The notes below the pieces were generated by a model that did no database searches, was not told the DNA's origin, and saw only the letters and a program-made list of their open reading frames with translations. Below are positions 30,777 to 40,650 of a stretch of DNA of 64,000 bases, piece after piece. Every line of letters begins with the position of its first letter. The first letter of the stretch is position 1. The translations under genes were made by a program, and so were the position numbers. This stretch comes from Thiothrix sp. (GTDB lineage: Bacteria; Pseudomonadota; Gammaproteobacteria; Poriferisulfidales; GCA-002705445): positions 208,263 to 272,262 of the forward strand of contig JAYQIN010000002.1 in NCBI GenBank assembly GCA_038141665.1. Direction: 5' to 3'.

Positions 30777-30870
30777 ATTTTTAGAAATCTTAGGCGAAAG
30801 CAATTGTATGTCAAGTATTAGAATAGTATATTAACATTTATAAAAAAAATCATATTTAAATTTTGTTATT

Positions 30871-31545
30871 GTGAAAATTTATAAAATAATAAGCTTTATA
30901 ATTCTTTTATCATTATCTGCAACCTCTTTTGCAAGTAAGGAAAATGGCGTGTGGATAGGTGTTTTTGATATTAATGGCCATGGCAATTATGATTTTACAG
31001 GTTTAATAGATAAGAATAATGCCACAGCATTTACAGAAAGAGCAAAAGTCGTTTATAAAGGAAAAATTGAGTTTATAAAAAATAAATTTGAATTGAATTT
31101 ATTAATGTACTTAAAAGATGGAAATAGTTTTGGTACAGCACAAATAAAAGGGGAAATTATTGAAAATAATATTATGAGCGGAAAATGGAATACTGAGCCA
31201 GCCAAAGACTTTGGAAATATATATCTAATAAAAGCAAATAACAAAATTCTTGATGCAGGTGAAATAATCAATAGAACATGGAGTTCATTTGATATAAAAC
31301 AAAAGCAAATACTTAAAATTGAAAAAAATATTATTTCAGGAAAAGATAAAAATGAATGTAATTACTATGGAAACATAAAAAAATTAAATAAGAAAATATA
31401 TAGTATTAATCTTGAAATTTCTTCTTGTGGTGTTTCAGACGGAAATTACCACGGAATGGCACATATCAAAAAAGAAAATAATAAAAATACATTAATATTA
31501 AATGCCACAAATAAAAATTTTAGCCTATTTATAAAACTTCAATAA
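30871..31545 (+). CDS. Secreted hypothetical protein (signal peptide)
   Basis: 224 aa with an N-terminal signal peptide (ILLSLSATSFAS) and a Lys/Asn-rich body. No recognisable domain. Confidence 0.45.
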   Translation: MKIYKIISFIILLSLSATSFASKENGVWIGVFDINGHGNYDFTGLIDKNNATAFTERAKVVYKGKIEFIKNKFELNLLMYLKDGNSFGTAQIKGEIIENNIMSGKWNTEPAKDFGNIYLIKANNKILDAGEIINRTWSSFDIKQKQILKIEKNIISGKDKNECNYYGNIKKLNKKIYSINLEISSCGVSDGNYHGMAHIKKENNKNTLILNATNKNFSLFIKLQ

Positions 31546-31546
31546 G

Positions 31547-32431
31547 CTAATCTTTTTGAGATAAGTATATAGCTATTACAACAAGACATAGTGATATTAT
31601 TGAATAAAAATTAAATTTTTCCTCTAAGACTATTACGCCAGCAAAGAAAGCAAATATAGGTATTGGGTAGTTAACTAAACTTAAAAAGCTTGGGCCATAA
31701 TCTTGAATAATTTTATAATAAATAACTGTAGCTGCTGCTGTTGAAAATACTGCCATAAATAGCAAAGAAACCACAGAGTCATAAAATATTGTGTTGTAAT
31801 CTAGATTATCTTGATGTGTGAAAACTAAAATAAAAAGTAACTGCATAGAAGATATTATCATTACACATGCAGAAAGAGGTATTACATCAATACTATTTAA
31901 TTTTTTAACAAGAAGCGCATTTAAAGCATAAAAAAAGGCTGCGCTTACTACCAAAAGCTTAGAAAAAATGTTGTCATATAAATTAACACTACTTTCATTA
32001 TTAATTAATAAAATAAACAAACCAACAAATCCTAAAGTAAATCCTAATATTTTTCTAAAATTAAGTTTCTCGTAATGAAAAAAATAGTGTGATCCAATAA
32101 TAGTAAAAATAGGCATAAAACCTATGAGAATTCCTGTTTCTCCACTATTTATAGTAATTTGAGCATGACTAATAAGATAAAACGGAACAGTGGTGCCAGT
32201 TAATCCTAATATAAAGAGTAATTTAAAATTTCTTTTGATAAAATTATATGAGTAACCACAAAACTTTGAATATAAATAAAGTAAAAATGCAGCTATAAAG
32301 ACTCTAAAAAAAGCAATATATATTGGTGAAAATGATTTTAAAGAAATCTCAATAAGTAAAAATGCGCTCCCAAAGAGAAAAACCAAGGTTGAAAAATAAA
32401 ACCATTTAAAAAAATAATTGCTAAAAAACAT
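31547..32431 (-). CDS. EamA/DMT-family transporter
   Basis: 294 aa with about 10 TM helices in two EamA-like halves. Confidence 0.65.
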   Translation of the reverse strand: MFFSNYFFKWFYFSTLVFLFGSAFLLIEISLKSFSPIYIAFFRVFIAAFLLYLYSKFCGYSYNFIKRNFKLLFILGLTGTTVPFYLISHAQITINSGETGILIGFMPIFTIIGSHYFFHYEKLNFRKILGFTLGFVGLFILLINNESSVNLYDNIFSKLLVVSAAFFYALNALLVKKLNSIDVIPLSACVMIISSMQLLFILVFTHQDNLDYNTIFYDSVVSLLFMAVFSTAAATVIYYKIIQDYGPSFLSLVNYPIPIFAFFAGVIVLEEKFNFYSIISLCLVVIAIYLSQKD

Positions 32432-32895
32432 AGCTAATCATAAACAAAATAATACCTGAAAATAGAGCAGCAATAATATCGTCAAGCATTACGCCAAAAC
32501 TATTCTTAATTTTCTTATCTACTAATGAAATGGGAAATGGTTTTACAATATCAAAAAAACGAAAAATTATAAATCCAAATATAACATTTTTAATATTATT
32601 TTCAAAAAAAATCATAAAAATTAAATATCCAAATATTTCATCAATAACTATAGACTTATCATCTTTATCTAAAAAAATAGATTTTTTGTAGGAATAATTT
32701 AAAAGAAGGATAGAAGAAAAGAAAAAGTACTAATAACAAAAAAATATTTTCATATAATGTATTAAAAGATATAAGTTGAAATATTAAAACACCTACGAGT
32801 GTTCCAAATGTTCCTGGCATGTATTTACTTTTTCCTGAATAAAATCCTGTTAAAAATATATTTATTAATTTATTTTTCATTACAAAAATGCTCAT
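32421..32895 (-). pseudogene. pgpA: Phosphatidylglycerophosphatase A with a frameshift in an A7/T7 homopolymer (probably a sequencing indel)
   Basis: ORF 32665-32895 carries the PgpA N-terminus (MPGTFGTL). ORF 32421-32615 carries the C-terminus (FRFFDIVKPFPI, FGVMLDDIIAA). Removing one T from the run at 32671-32677 gives a continuous ...KIYFLDKDDKSIVIDEIFGYLIF..., consistent with an intact PgpA. The gene is in the conserved position after thiL. Confidence 0.8.
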
Positions 32896-33799
32896 ATTTT
32901 TTATTTATATCAATATCTAATAAATTTTCTTTATATTTAAAATTAATATTGTTATTTTTTGTTAATGTTCCTATTTCAAAAATTTCAATACCTAAATGCT
33001 TGCAAAGTGTATTTAAAGCTAAAGATTTTTGATTATTTACAGTAAATAAAAGTTCGTAGTCATCACCATAACTAAGTATTTCCTGCCATGTTATACTTTT
33101 GTTAATAATACTCTTTTGTAACTCTTCTTTAATTTTTATTTTATCAACTAAAATTTCAGCTCCTAGATTACTTTTGTTTGTTATTCTTTTTAATGCATCA
33201 AGTAAACCGTCAGACATATCTGTACAACTATTTGCAAAATCTGTAAGTATGACGCCAAGCTTATTTCTAATATTTGGTAAATGATATTCTTTATTTTTTC
33301 TGGCCATGAGACTTTCCCCAATAAAGCCTGATACAAATATTATATCTTCATCTTTAGCATTGCTCGTTAACATTATATTATTACTTGATGAATACCCTAT
33401 AAGTGTCATAGTAATGCTTTTAGGGCCGAATGTTGTATCTCCTCCAATAACTGCAACAGGAAAAACATCAAAGATTGTATTGTAGCCATTAATAATGTCT
33501 CTAATATATGTATCCTCAGGTTTTTCAATAGTAAGATTTATAAGTGCAAATGCTGGAACTGCTCCCATTGCAGAAAGATCGCTAATATTAGAGGCTGCAG
33601 AAATATATCCAAGTTCATATGGTGAAATATCATTGGTGAAATGTGTGTTTAAAACCATTGTATCAGTTGTAAAAATAAGATTTTCATCTTGTTTGGGGAA
33701 AATTACACTAGCATCTTCGCCAATTGGGGTTAAAACCTCCTCCCTAAAATTATATTTTTTAGAAATAAGATCAATAATATCTTTTTCAGAAATTTTCAT
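32870..33799 (-). CDS. thiL: Thiamine-monophosphate kinase
   Basis: AIR-synthase-related fold. The real start is probably the internal ATG (MKISEKDIIDL), giving a 4-6 nt overlap with the nusB stop. The ORF-track extension to 33937 overlaps nusB. Confidence 0.8.
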   Translation of the reverse strand: MKISEKDIIDLISKKYNFREEVLTPIGEDASVIFPKQDENLIFTTDTMVLNTHFTNDISPYELGYISAASNISDLSAMGAVPAFALINLTIEKPEDTYIRDIINGYNTIFDVFPVAVIGGDTTFGPKSITMTLIGYSSSNNIMLTSNAKDEDIIFVSGFIGESLMARKNKEYHLPNIRNKLGVILTDFANSCTDMSDGLLDALKRITNKSNLGAEILVDKIKIKEELQKSIINKSITWQEILSYGDDYELLFTVNNQKSLALNTLCKHLGIEIFEIGTLTKNNNINFKYKENLLDIDINKKYEHFCNEK

Positions 33800-33803
33800 A
33801 TGT

Positions 33804-34226
33804 TTATTTTTTGATATATTTATCAAGAAACGCATTAACAAATTTGTAACTATCTTGTCCGCCAAATTTATTTGCAAGCTTAACAGATTCTGCCAAAAGA
33901 ACCTCATTCGGAAATTTATTATTATATTTAATTTCAAATATAAAACATCTTATAATACTTAACTCTACATGATTTATATTTTCTATTTTTATATCAGAAA
34001 ATTCAGAGATATATTTATCAATATCAGAAATATTCATTATGACGCCATCAATTATATCTTTAAAATAATTATTATCGCATTTATCAAAATTTTCATCTTG
34101 CTCAAAAATTAAATATAAATCTTCGGCTTTGCAATTATTTATAGACCAAGAGTAAATTGCCTGCATAGATAGTCTTCGTGACCAAATATTGCGGTTATTA
34201 GCGCGCATAGCATTATTAACTTTCAT
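33804..34226 (-). CDS. nusB: Transcription antitermination factor NusB
   Basis: 140 aa lying between ribH and thiL, as in E. coli. Confidence 0.85.
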   Translation of the reverse strand: MKVNNAMRANNRNIWSRRLSMQAIYSWSINNCKAEDLYLIFEQDENFDKCDNNYFKDIIDGVIMNISDIDKYISEFSDIKIENINHVELSIIRCFIFEIKYNNKFPNEVLLAESVKLANKFGGQDSYKFVNAFLDKYIKK

Positions 34227-34227
34227 T

Positions 34228-34683
34228 TTATATATTATTTTGGATTCTTGATTGTAAAGTTTTTATTGCTGCATTTGCCACATTATAACCGATATTAATA
34301 TTTTTGTTATTTTCAAAATTAATTTCTGACCTCTTTAGCGCCTGATCCCTTGTATAAGAAGTTATTACTCCAAACATGATGGGTACAGAGGTTGTTATTG
34401 TTAATTGAGACAAGGTGTTTGCACATGAGTTTGAAATATATTCAAAGTGTGCTGTCTCCCCTTTTATCACACAACCTAAAGTTATAATGCAATCAGGTTG
34501 AAGGGCTAAAGCTTGTTTTGCCATATAAGGTAACTCAAAAGCTCCAGGTACTTTTATGTCTTTTATCTCAAATAAAATTTTTTCGTCTTCAAAACATTTT
34601 TTAACGCCTGAATATAAGTTTTCAACTATGTCTTCATTAAATTCTGACCTAATTACTATAACTTTTATTTTTTTTTTACTCAT
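34228..34683 (-). CDS. ribH: 6,7-dimethyl-8-ribityllumazine synthase
   Basis: 151 aa with KVPGAFELP and ITLGCVIKGET motifs. Confidence 0.9.
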   Translation of the reverse strand: MSKKKIKVIVIRSEFNEDIVENLYSGVKKCFEDEKILFEIKDIKVPGAFELPYMAKQALALQPDCIITLGCVIKGETAHFEYISNSCANTLSQLTITTSVPIMFGVITSYTRDQALKRSEINFENNKNINIGYNVANAAIKTLQSRIQNNI

Positions 34684-34685
34684 TG

Positions 34686-35777
34686 TTATTCCGTAATATA
34701 TTCTTCGATTTCTAAGCCATATCCACCTAGGCCATAAAAAGTTTTTGGAGAACTCAATAATTTCATTTTTGTTACCCCTAAATCTGACAGAATTTGTCCG
34801 CCAACACCCAAAGTTCTTCTATCAAAATCCTGGGAAAGATTTTCGTCTGAGTTTCTTATTTTATCAATATCATTGATTATAGCATGAACAGACTCATTCC
34901 ATCTTAATATCAATATTACACCATTACCTTCTTTATTTATTCTCTGCATTGCATTTTTTAATGGCCACCCAGAATGATGTGAGGAATGCAATATATCTTT
35001 TATGGTGTTTTGTATATGTACTCTAACATATGTTGATTTATTGCCTTTTAAATCGCCTTTTACAAGAGCTATGTGAGCTGTGTTTGACAATATATCTTCA
35101 TATGAAACAAGATTAAATTCTCCATACTCTGTATTTATTGGAGATTCATTTTTTTTTATTACTGTTTTTTCATGTTTTGTCCTATACTTTATAAGATCTT
35201 CTATTGTTCCAATTTTTATATCATGTTCTTGTGCTATCTTTTTTAACTCAGGAAGCCTAGCCATTGATCCATCGTCACTCATTATTTCCACGATAACTGC
35301 AGCTGGCTCAAATCCAGCTAGTCTTGCTAAGTCACAACCAGCCTCTGTATGACCTGCTCGAGTTAGTACGCCACCAGGCTGTGACATTAACGGAAATATA
35401 TGTCCTGGCCTTGATATATCATTTGGTGTTGCATCAGGCATTACCGCAGTACGAATTGTATGTGCTCTATCATACGCAGATATTCCCGTTGTTACCCCCT
35501 CAGAAGCCTCAATAGAAATTGTAAAATTAGTCTCATGTTTTGTGTCAGTATCTGTTTTCATTAAAGGTAGATTTAATTGCTTGCATCTTTCTCTCGTAAG
35601 AGTTAAACAAATAAGACCTCTAGCATATTTGCTCATGAAATTTATATCTTCAGGCGTAACTTTTGATGCAGCCATAATAAAATCTCCTTCATTTTCACGG
35701 CTTTCATCATCAACTATTAAAACCATCTTTCCTTTTTTGAGTTCTTTTAAAATATCTTCTGTTTTTGATAGCATCAA
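34686..35777 (-). CDS. ribBA: Bifunctional DHBP synthase / GTP cyclohydrolase II
   Basis: RibB domain (DDESRENEGD, HTEA) followed by a C-terminal RibA domain. Confidence 0.85.
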   Translation of the reverse strand: MMLSKTEDILKELKKGKMVLIVDDESRENEGDFIMAASKVTPEDINFMSKYARGLICLTLTRERCKQLNLPLMKTDTDTKHETNFTISIEASEGVTTGISAYDRAHTIRTAVMPDATPNDISRPGHIFPLMSQPGGVLTRAGHTEAGCDLARLAGFEPAAVIVEIMSDDGSMARLPELKKIAQEHDIKIGTIEDLIKYRTKHEKTVIKKNESPINTEYGEFNLVSYEDILSNTAHIALVKGDLKGNKSTYVRVHIQNTIKDILHSSHHSGWPLKNAMQRINKEGNGVILILRWNESVHAIINDIDKIRNSDENLSQDFDRRTLGVGGQILSDLGVTKMKLLSSPKTFYGLGGYGLEIEEYITE

Positions 35778-35783
35778 ACTCTC

Positions 35784-36389
35784 TCAATCCTTACTAAGTA
35801 TTAATTTTTCAATATGAAGAGCCATTCTGTCAACTTCGATGTTAACCATGTCTCCAACTTTATAATATTGCATTATTGTATTATCCCACGTAAATGGAAT
35901 TATATTTACAAAAAAAGTATTATTTTCATCTTTGTTTACTGTCAAGCTTATACCATCAACACATATTGAACCTTTAGCCACAATATATTTAGCATAATGT
36001 TCATTGTTCAGTTCAAAACCCAATCTATATGATCTTGCATCTTCTCTAATTTCAGAAACTTGTGCCATACAATCAATATGGCCACTCACAATATGGCCGC
36101 CCAATTTATCACCAATATTTAATGCGTTTTCTATATTAACTTTATACCCAGTACTCATCTGAGTGAGAGTTGTTATATCTAATGTCTCATTTGAAATATC
36201 TACACTAAAACAGTTTTTTTCATAATCAATATTATATGCAGTTAAACAAACTCCATTGATGGATATACTGTCCCCTTCTGATACAGAAGAAATAAAATCT
36301 GAATCTAATTGAAATGAAACCTGCAAATCTCCATGATGACTATTTATAGATTCAACAGTAGCAATTTTTTGTATTAGTCCGGTAAACAT
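35784..36389 (-). CDS. ribE: Riboflavin synthase (alpha chain)
   Basis: Two lumazine-binding repeats (MFTGLIQ..., GHIVSGHID). Confidence 0.9.
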   Translation of the reverse strand: MFTGLIQKIATVESINSHHGDLQVSFQLDSDFISSVSEGDSISINGVCLTAYNIDYEKNCFSVDISNETLDITTLTQMSTGYKVNIENALNIGDKLGGHIVSGHIDCMAQVSEIREDARSYRLGFELNNEHYAKYIVAKGSICVDGISLTVNKDENNTFFVNIIPFTWDNTIMQYYKVGDMVNIEVDRMALHIEKLILSKD

Positions 36390-37483
36390 TATTTTCTCAA
36401 AAATTTATATCTAATTCTAACATCTTTGGAGAATTCCATAACAGATTCTTCGACAATGTTTTTATATTTTTTAATTTTATCTTCAGAATTAAACGTTAAA
36501 GATCCTAATTCACCGACAATATTAGGACTTTTATACAATATCAGCTCGTCAACTAATTTTTTGCATATAAGAGTTTCAAGAAGATTTGCGCCAGGCTCTA
36601 TAAATAGATTATTAATGTGATATTTTGTAGCTAAAATCTTAAAAATACTTTTAAGATTTAGACCAGTTTTATCAGTTCTTACTTTAATAAAATCAATATT
36701 TCTTCTATCATCGAAAGAATTTAATATAGAGTTAAATACAATTTTTTTTTCTTTTCCGCTGAAAAATTTATAATTATCAATATTTAAACTAAGACTGGTA
36801 TCAATTGCAACTCTTATGGGGTGCTTAATTGATTCCTTCAAGCCAAGATCTTCTTTTTTTAGCTTAACTTTTAGTGCAGGGTTATCGTTTTTTATAGTTT
36901 TAGAGCTCACAAGTATTGCGCATGATTTTGCTCTCATAAACTGGACATTTTTTCTTGATTCTCTATTACTTATCCATTTACTTTTTGGATTTGTAATCTT
37001 AAGGTCTTTGCTAATAGCTTGTTTTGCAATTATGTAGGGTGTTTTCTTTAAAATTCTGCTAAAAAATCCTTTGTTAATATTTTGAGACTCAGCTTTACAT
37101 AATCCAACATTTACATTAATTCCGTTTTTTCTAAGCTCTTTAACTCCTTTTCCCTTAACCTTTGGATTTGGATCTAATGTTGAGACAAAAACGTTTTTTA
37201 TTCCTGAATCAATGATAGACTTTGTACATGGACCAGTTTTTCCAGTATGACAACACGGTTCAAGGCTAACATACATATTCATTTTACTATTAACTTTCTT
37301 TCTTAATTTTTTTAGTGCTATAACTTCTGCATGATCGGATCCAGATCTTAAATGATATGCCTTGCTTAATATTTTATTCTTTTCAGTGATAATACATCCG
37401 ACAGATGGATTAGGTGAGGTTGTATAAATACCTTTTTTTGCTAGTTCAATAGCATGCTCCATAAAATTTTTATCTGATTTCAT
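36389..37483 (-). CDS. ribD: Riboflavin biosynthesis deaminase/reductase
   Basis: CMP/dCMP deaminase zinc motif (HAEVIAL, PCCHTGKTGPC) plus a C-terminal reductase domain. Confidence 0.9.
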   Translation of the reverse strand: MKSDKNFMEHAIELAKKGIYTTSPNPSVGCIITEKNKILSKAYHLRSGSDHAEVIALKKLRKKVNSKMNMYVSLEPCCHTGKTGPCTKSIIDSGIKNVFVSTLDPNPKVKGKGVKELRKNGINVNVGLCKAESQNINKGFFSRILKKTPYIIAKQAISKDLKITNPKSKWISNRESRKNVQFMRAKSCAILVSSKTIKNDNPALKVKLKKEDLGLKESIKHPIRVAIDTSLSLNIDNYKFFSGKEKKIVFNSILNSFDDRRNIDFIKVRTDKTGLNLKSIFKILATKYHINNLFIEPGANLLETLICKKLVDELILYKSPNIVGELGSLTFNSEDKIKKYKNIVEESVMEFSKDVRIRYKFLRK

Positions 37484-38004
37484 TTTTTTTTGACGACTAT
37501 ATTTTCTTCATCGATCAACTTCAATTGCGTCTTTATCATTTCTGGAGTAAGGTCTTTTTCTATTATATTTATAATATCTTGGAATGCCTGAAGATCCTCA
37601 AAACTGTGATAGACAGACGCAAATCTAATGTAAGCTACTTGGTCAAGCTCTCTTAACTCTTGCATAACTAAAACGCCGATTTGTGAAGAAATTATTTCTT
37701 TGTCTGTAATTGTTTTTAGCTTATTAATTATATTTTGTATTGCCGTATCAATAGAGCCTCTATCAACAGATCTTTTATTTAATGCACGTAAAATACCAAG
37801 TTCTATTTTTTTTTCTGAAAAGTCTTCCCTAGAGTTATCTTTTTTAATTACTCTAGGGAGGTTTAAATCAGAGGTCTCCATTGTGGACCACCTATTTTTA
37901 CATTTTGGGCACTCACGTCTTCTTCTAACCTGTGAGTTTTCAGAAGCAAGTCTTGAATCAATTACCTTTGTATCTGAAAAATTACAAAATGGGCAATGCA
38001 TCAA
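37480..38004 (-). CDS. nrdR: Transcriptional repressor NrdR
   Basis: Zn ribbon MHCPFCNFSDTKVIDSR...CPKC plus an ATP-cone. Confidence 0.9.
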   Translation of the reverse strand: MMHCPFCNFSDTKVIDSRLASENSQVRRRRECPKCKNRWSTMETSDLNLPRVIKKDNSREDFSEKKIELGILRALNKRSVDRGSIDTAIQNIINKLKTITDKEIISSQIGVLVMQELRELDQVAYIRFASVYHSFEDLQAFQDIINIIEKDLTPEMIKTQLKLIDEENIVVKKK

Positions 38005-38018
38005 ATAGGCTCATCATT

Positions 38019-39305
38019 TTATGCAGCCGATGCAGCATTAAGCGCAACGGACTTAGCATAAACAGGATGTTTTTTGCATAGCTCGATAACTTTTTTCTTT
38101 ACATTGTTAATTACTTCTTCATTATCAAGGTTCTCTATAACATCACACATCCAATTAGTCAGCTCTATGCATTCAGCTTCTTTAAAGCCTCTAGTAGTTG
38201 GAGCCGGTGTTCCTACTCTAATTCCACTTGTAACGAATGGTGATTGTGGGTCATTAGGCACTGAATTTTTGTTTACTGTAATATTTGCTCTTCCAAGCGC
38301 AGCGTCGACATCTTTTCCTGTAATACCTTTCTCAATAAAATCAACAAGAAATAAATGATCATCTGTTCCGCCGGAAACAACTTTAAATCCTCTCTTAATG
38401 AATTGTTCCGCCATTGCTGAAGCATTCTTTAAAATTTGTTGCTGGTATTGCTTAAATTCTGGCTGAAGAGCTTCTTTAAAAGCTACAGCCTTTGCAGCTA
38501 TAACATGCATTAAAGGACCGCCTTGAGTTCCAGGAAATACCATCGAATTAATCTTTTTTTCAATCTCAGGATTTGATTTACAAATAATAATTCCACCTCT
38601 TGGTCCTCTTAAACTCTTATGTGTTGTAGAAGTAACAACATCTGCATAAGGAACAGGGCTTGGGTAAACTCCGCCAGCAACTAAACCAGAAACATGGGCC
38701 ATATCTACAAAAAAATATGCTCCAACTGAATCAGCAATATCTCTAAATCTTTTCCAATCTAGAACTCGAGAATAAGCTGAGAATCCCGCAATTATCATCT
38801 TTGGCTTATGCTCTTTTGCTAATTCTTCGACTTGATCGTAATCTATTTCGCCAGTCTCAGGGTTTAAACCGTACTGAACAGCATTATAAATTTTTCCAGA
38901 AAAGTTTACTTTAGATCCATGAGTTAAATGGCCTCCATGGGCTAAACTCATCCCTAAAATTGTATCGTGTGGCTGTAGGAGAGCCATAAACACGGCAGCA
39001 TTTGCTTGTGAACCTGAGTGTGGTTGCACGTTTGCATAATCAGCACCATATAGCTCTTTTAAGCGGTCTATTGCTAATTGTTCAGCAACATCAACATTTT
39101 CGCATCCGCCATAATATCTCTTACCAGGATAGCCTTCTGCATATTTATTTGTTAAGACAGATCCCTGAGCTTCTATAACTCTAGGACTAGCATAATTTTC
39201 AGATGCTATAAGCTCAATGTGCTCTTCTTGTCTTTTAATTTCATCTTCTATAGCCTTTGATAATTCTGGATCAAAGCTTTCTATTGTCATATCTTCGCTA
39301 AACAT
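38019..39305 (-). CDS. glyA: Serine hydroxymethyltransferase
   Basis: 428 aa with the PLP-lysine motif [16 protein letters not shown]. It carries an unusual ~11 aa Ala-rich tail after the usual PVYA end. Confidence 0.95.
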   Translation of the reverse strand: MFSEDMTIESFDPELSKAIEDEIKRQEEHIELIASENYASPRVIEAQGSVLTNKYAEGYPGKRYYGGCENVDVAEQLAIDRLKELYGADYANVQPHSGSQANAAVFMALLQPHDTILGMSLAHGGHLTHGSKVNFSGKIYNAVQYGLNPETGEIDYDQVEELAKEHKPKMIIAGFSAYSRVLDWKRFRDIADSVGAYFFVDMAHVSGLVAGGVYPSPVPYADVVTSTTHKSLRGPRGGIIICKSNPEIEKKINSMVFPGTQGGPLMHVIAAKAVAFKEALQPEFKQYQQQILKNASAMAEQFIKRGFKVVSGGTDDHLFLVDFIEKGITGKDVDAALGRANITVNKNSVPNDPQSPFVTSGIRVGTPAPTTRGFKEAECIELTNWMCDVIENLDNEEVINNVKKKVIELCKKHPVYAKSVALNAASAA

Positions 39306-39334
39306 CTTTATCTCCTTACTCCATGTAATGTAAA

Positions 39335-39724
39335 TTATTGACTTTCTATATCGTTATTTTCCGCTAGAGTCTTAAGTATGTCAACAATGACAGGACTTGA
39401 ACCAAAATATGGTAAAGATGTTATAGAAACATCTGGATATTTAGTTTTTTCTTGATCAACGATATCAGGAATATCTTCCAACACATGCCTTCCAGCCGCT
39501 AGGAAATACGGCAAAATAAGCACTTCTGAGGCACCCTTTTTGATACATGACTCTATACCTTGAGGAATTGAGGGTTCTGCAATCTCCAAAAAACATGCCT
39601 CTACAATATGAAAAGAGTTTAATTTTAAGGATATATTGTTAGCCAATTGATGAATTTCTATATTTGATACTTTCTTTCTGCTGCCATGAGCTACAACGAG
39701 TAATGATTTTTTCTTATTATTCAA
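39335..39724 (-). CDS. CbiX/SirB-type (sirohydrochlorin) chelatase, single-domain short form
   Basis: 129 aa with VVAHGSR and [10 protein letters not shown] motifs. Confidence 0.6.
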   Translation of the reverse strand: MNNKKKSLLVVAHGSRKKVSNIEIHQLANNISLKLNSFHIVEACFLEIAEPSIPQGIESCIKKGASEVLILPYFLAAGRHVLEDIPDIVDQEKTKYPDVSITSLPYFGSSPVIVDILKTLAENNDIESQ

Positions 39725-40425
39725 TTACTTATACCTTTAATTTCAGTTAAATTATCAGATGAATCAATGCTAACTCCAGGATCGCTCACCGCACAATAAG
39801 CCTGTATATTATATCCATTATCCAAAAACCTAAACTGTTCAAGACTTAAATTTTTTTCATTTATTGATTGTGGCAGAAGCTTATAACTATTTAAATCTTT
39901 AACAAAATAAGCGTAAATACCAATATGTTTATAAATATTTCTGCTCATATTGTCACTTATCTCTCTATAGAAATTAATATTATCTTCATCTACAGAAATC
40001 TTCACTGTGTTTTTATCGGAAACAAGATTTAAATCCTTAAGATAATAATATAGTGTCGATAAACCGATATTATTTTTTGCTTTTTTTGCAAGAAAATTTA
40101 TATTATCTGATTTTAACTCTGGCATATCAGCTTGTAAATTTACGACAAGAGTATCATCATCCCATTTTAAAATATTAGCTAGTTCTGCAACTCTTTCAGT
40201 TCCATTAATATTTTTTTTTGATGTCAAAAAAATATTTTTAGTAAATTTTTTTGCATGATCAAATACCTTATTACTATCCGTTGCGATGAATACATCTGAG
40301 GCATCTGAGTTAATTGCGTTATCAAATACATGTTGAAGCATAGATTTACTTCCAATGTTCGCTAAAACTTTTCCAGGAAATCTCGAAGAGTCATATCTCG
40401 CAGGTATAACAACATAAAATTTCAT
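39721..40425 (-). CDS. kdsB: 3-deoxy-manno-octulosonate cytidylyltransferase
   Basis: VIPARYDSSRFPGK at the N-terminus; 234 aa. Confidence 0.9.
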   Translation of the reverse strand: MKFYVVIPARYDSSRFPGKVLANIGSKSMLQHVFDNAINSDASDVFIATDSNKVFDHAKKFTKNIFLTSKKNINGTERVAELANILKWDDDTLVVNLQADMPELKSDNINFLAKKAKNNIGLSTLYYYLKDLNLVSDKNTVKISVDEDNINFYREISDNMSRNIYKHIGIYAYFVKDLNSYKLLPQSINEKNLSLEQFRFLDNGYNIQAYCAVSDPGVSIDSSDNLTEIKGISN

Positions 40426-40436
40426 ATAATACTCTC

Positions 40437-40646
40437 TTAATCTTTTAGAAATATACTTTTAAATTTCTCATATTCGTCATAATCTATATGCCTAGCTTCT
40501 GATTCAAGCATTACAGGGATTTCATCTTCAATTTTGAAAGCTAATCTCGCAGGTAAAGAAATTAGCTCATTTGATTCTTTATTATAATAAAGTTTACTTT
40601 TTGTAACTGGACAAACAAGCATATTTAAAAGATTTTTATTTATCAA
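40437..40646 (-). CDS. Trm112/YcaR-like small protein (UPF0434)
   Basis: 69 aa with LLNMLVCPVTKSKL; lpxK-ycaR-kdsB synteny. Confidence 0.75.
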   Translation of the reverse strand: MINKNLLNMLVCPVTKSKLYYNKESNELISLPARLAFKIEDEIPVMLESEARHIDYDEYEKFKSIFLKD

Positions 40647-40650
40647 TTTT

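Noticed and set aside
30682-30870. Possible integrated element at tRNA-Ala
   Set aside because: No integrase, no repeat of the tRNA 3' end and no GC shift. The flanking genes (moaA, the secreted protein, EamA) show no mobile-element character.
33495-33962. 155-aa plus-strand ORF
   Set aside because: It is antisense within thiL/nusB and has hydrophobic low-complexity translation.
39306-39334. Riboswitch upstream of glyA, the rib genes, thiL or moaA
   Set aside because: The upstream gaps are only 0-30 bp and the genes overlap, leaving no room for a structured leader.
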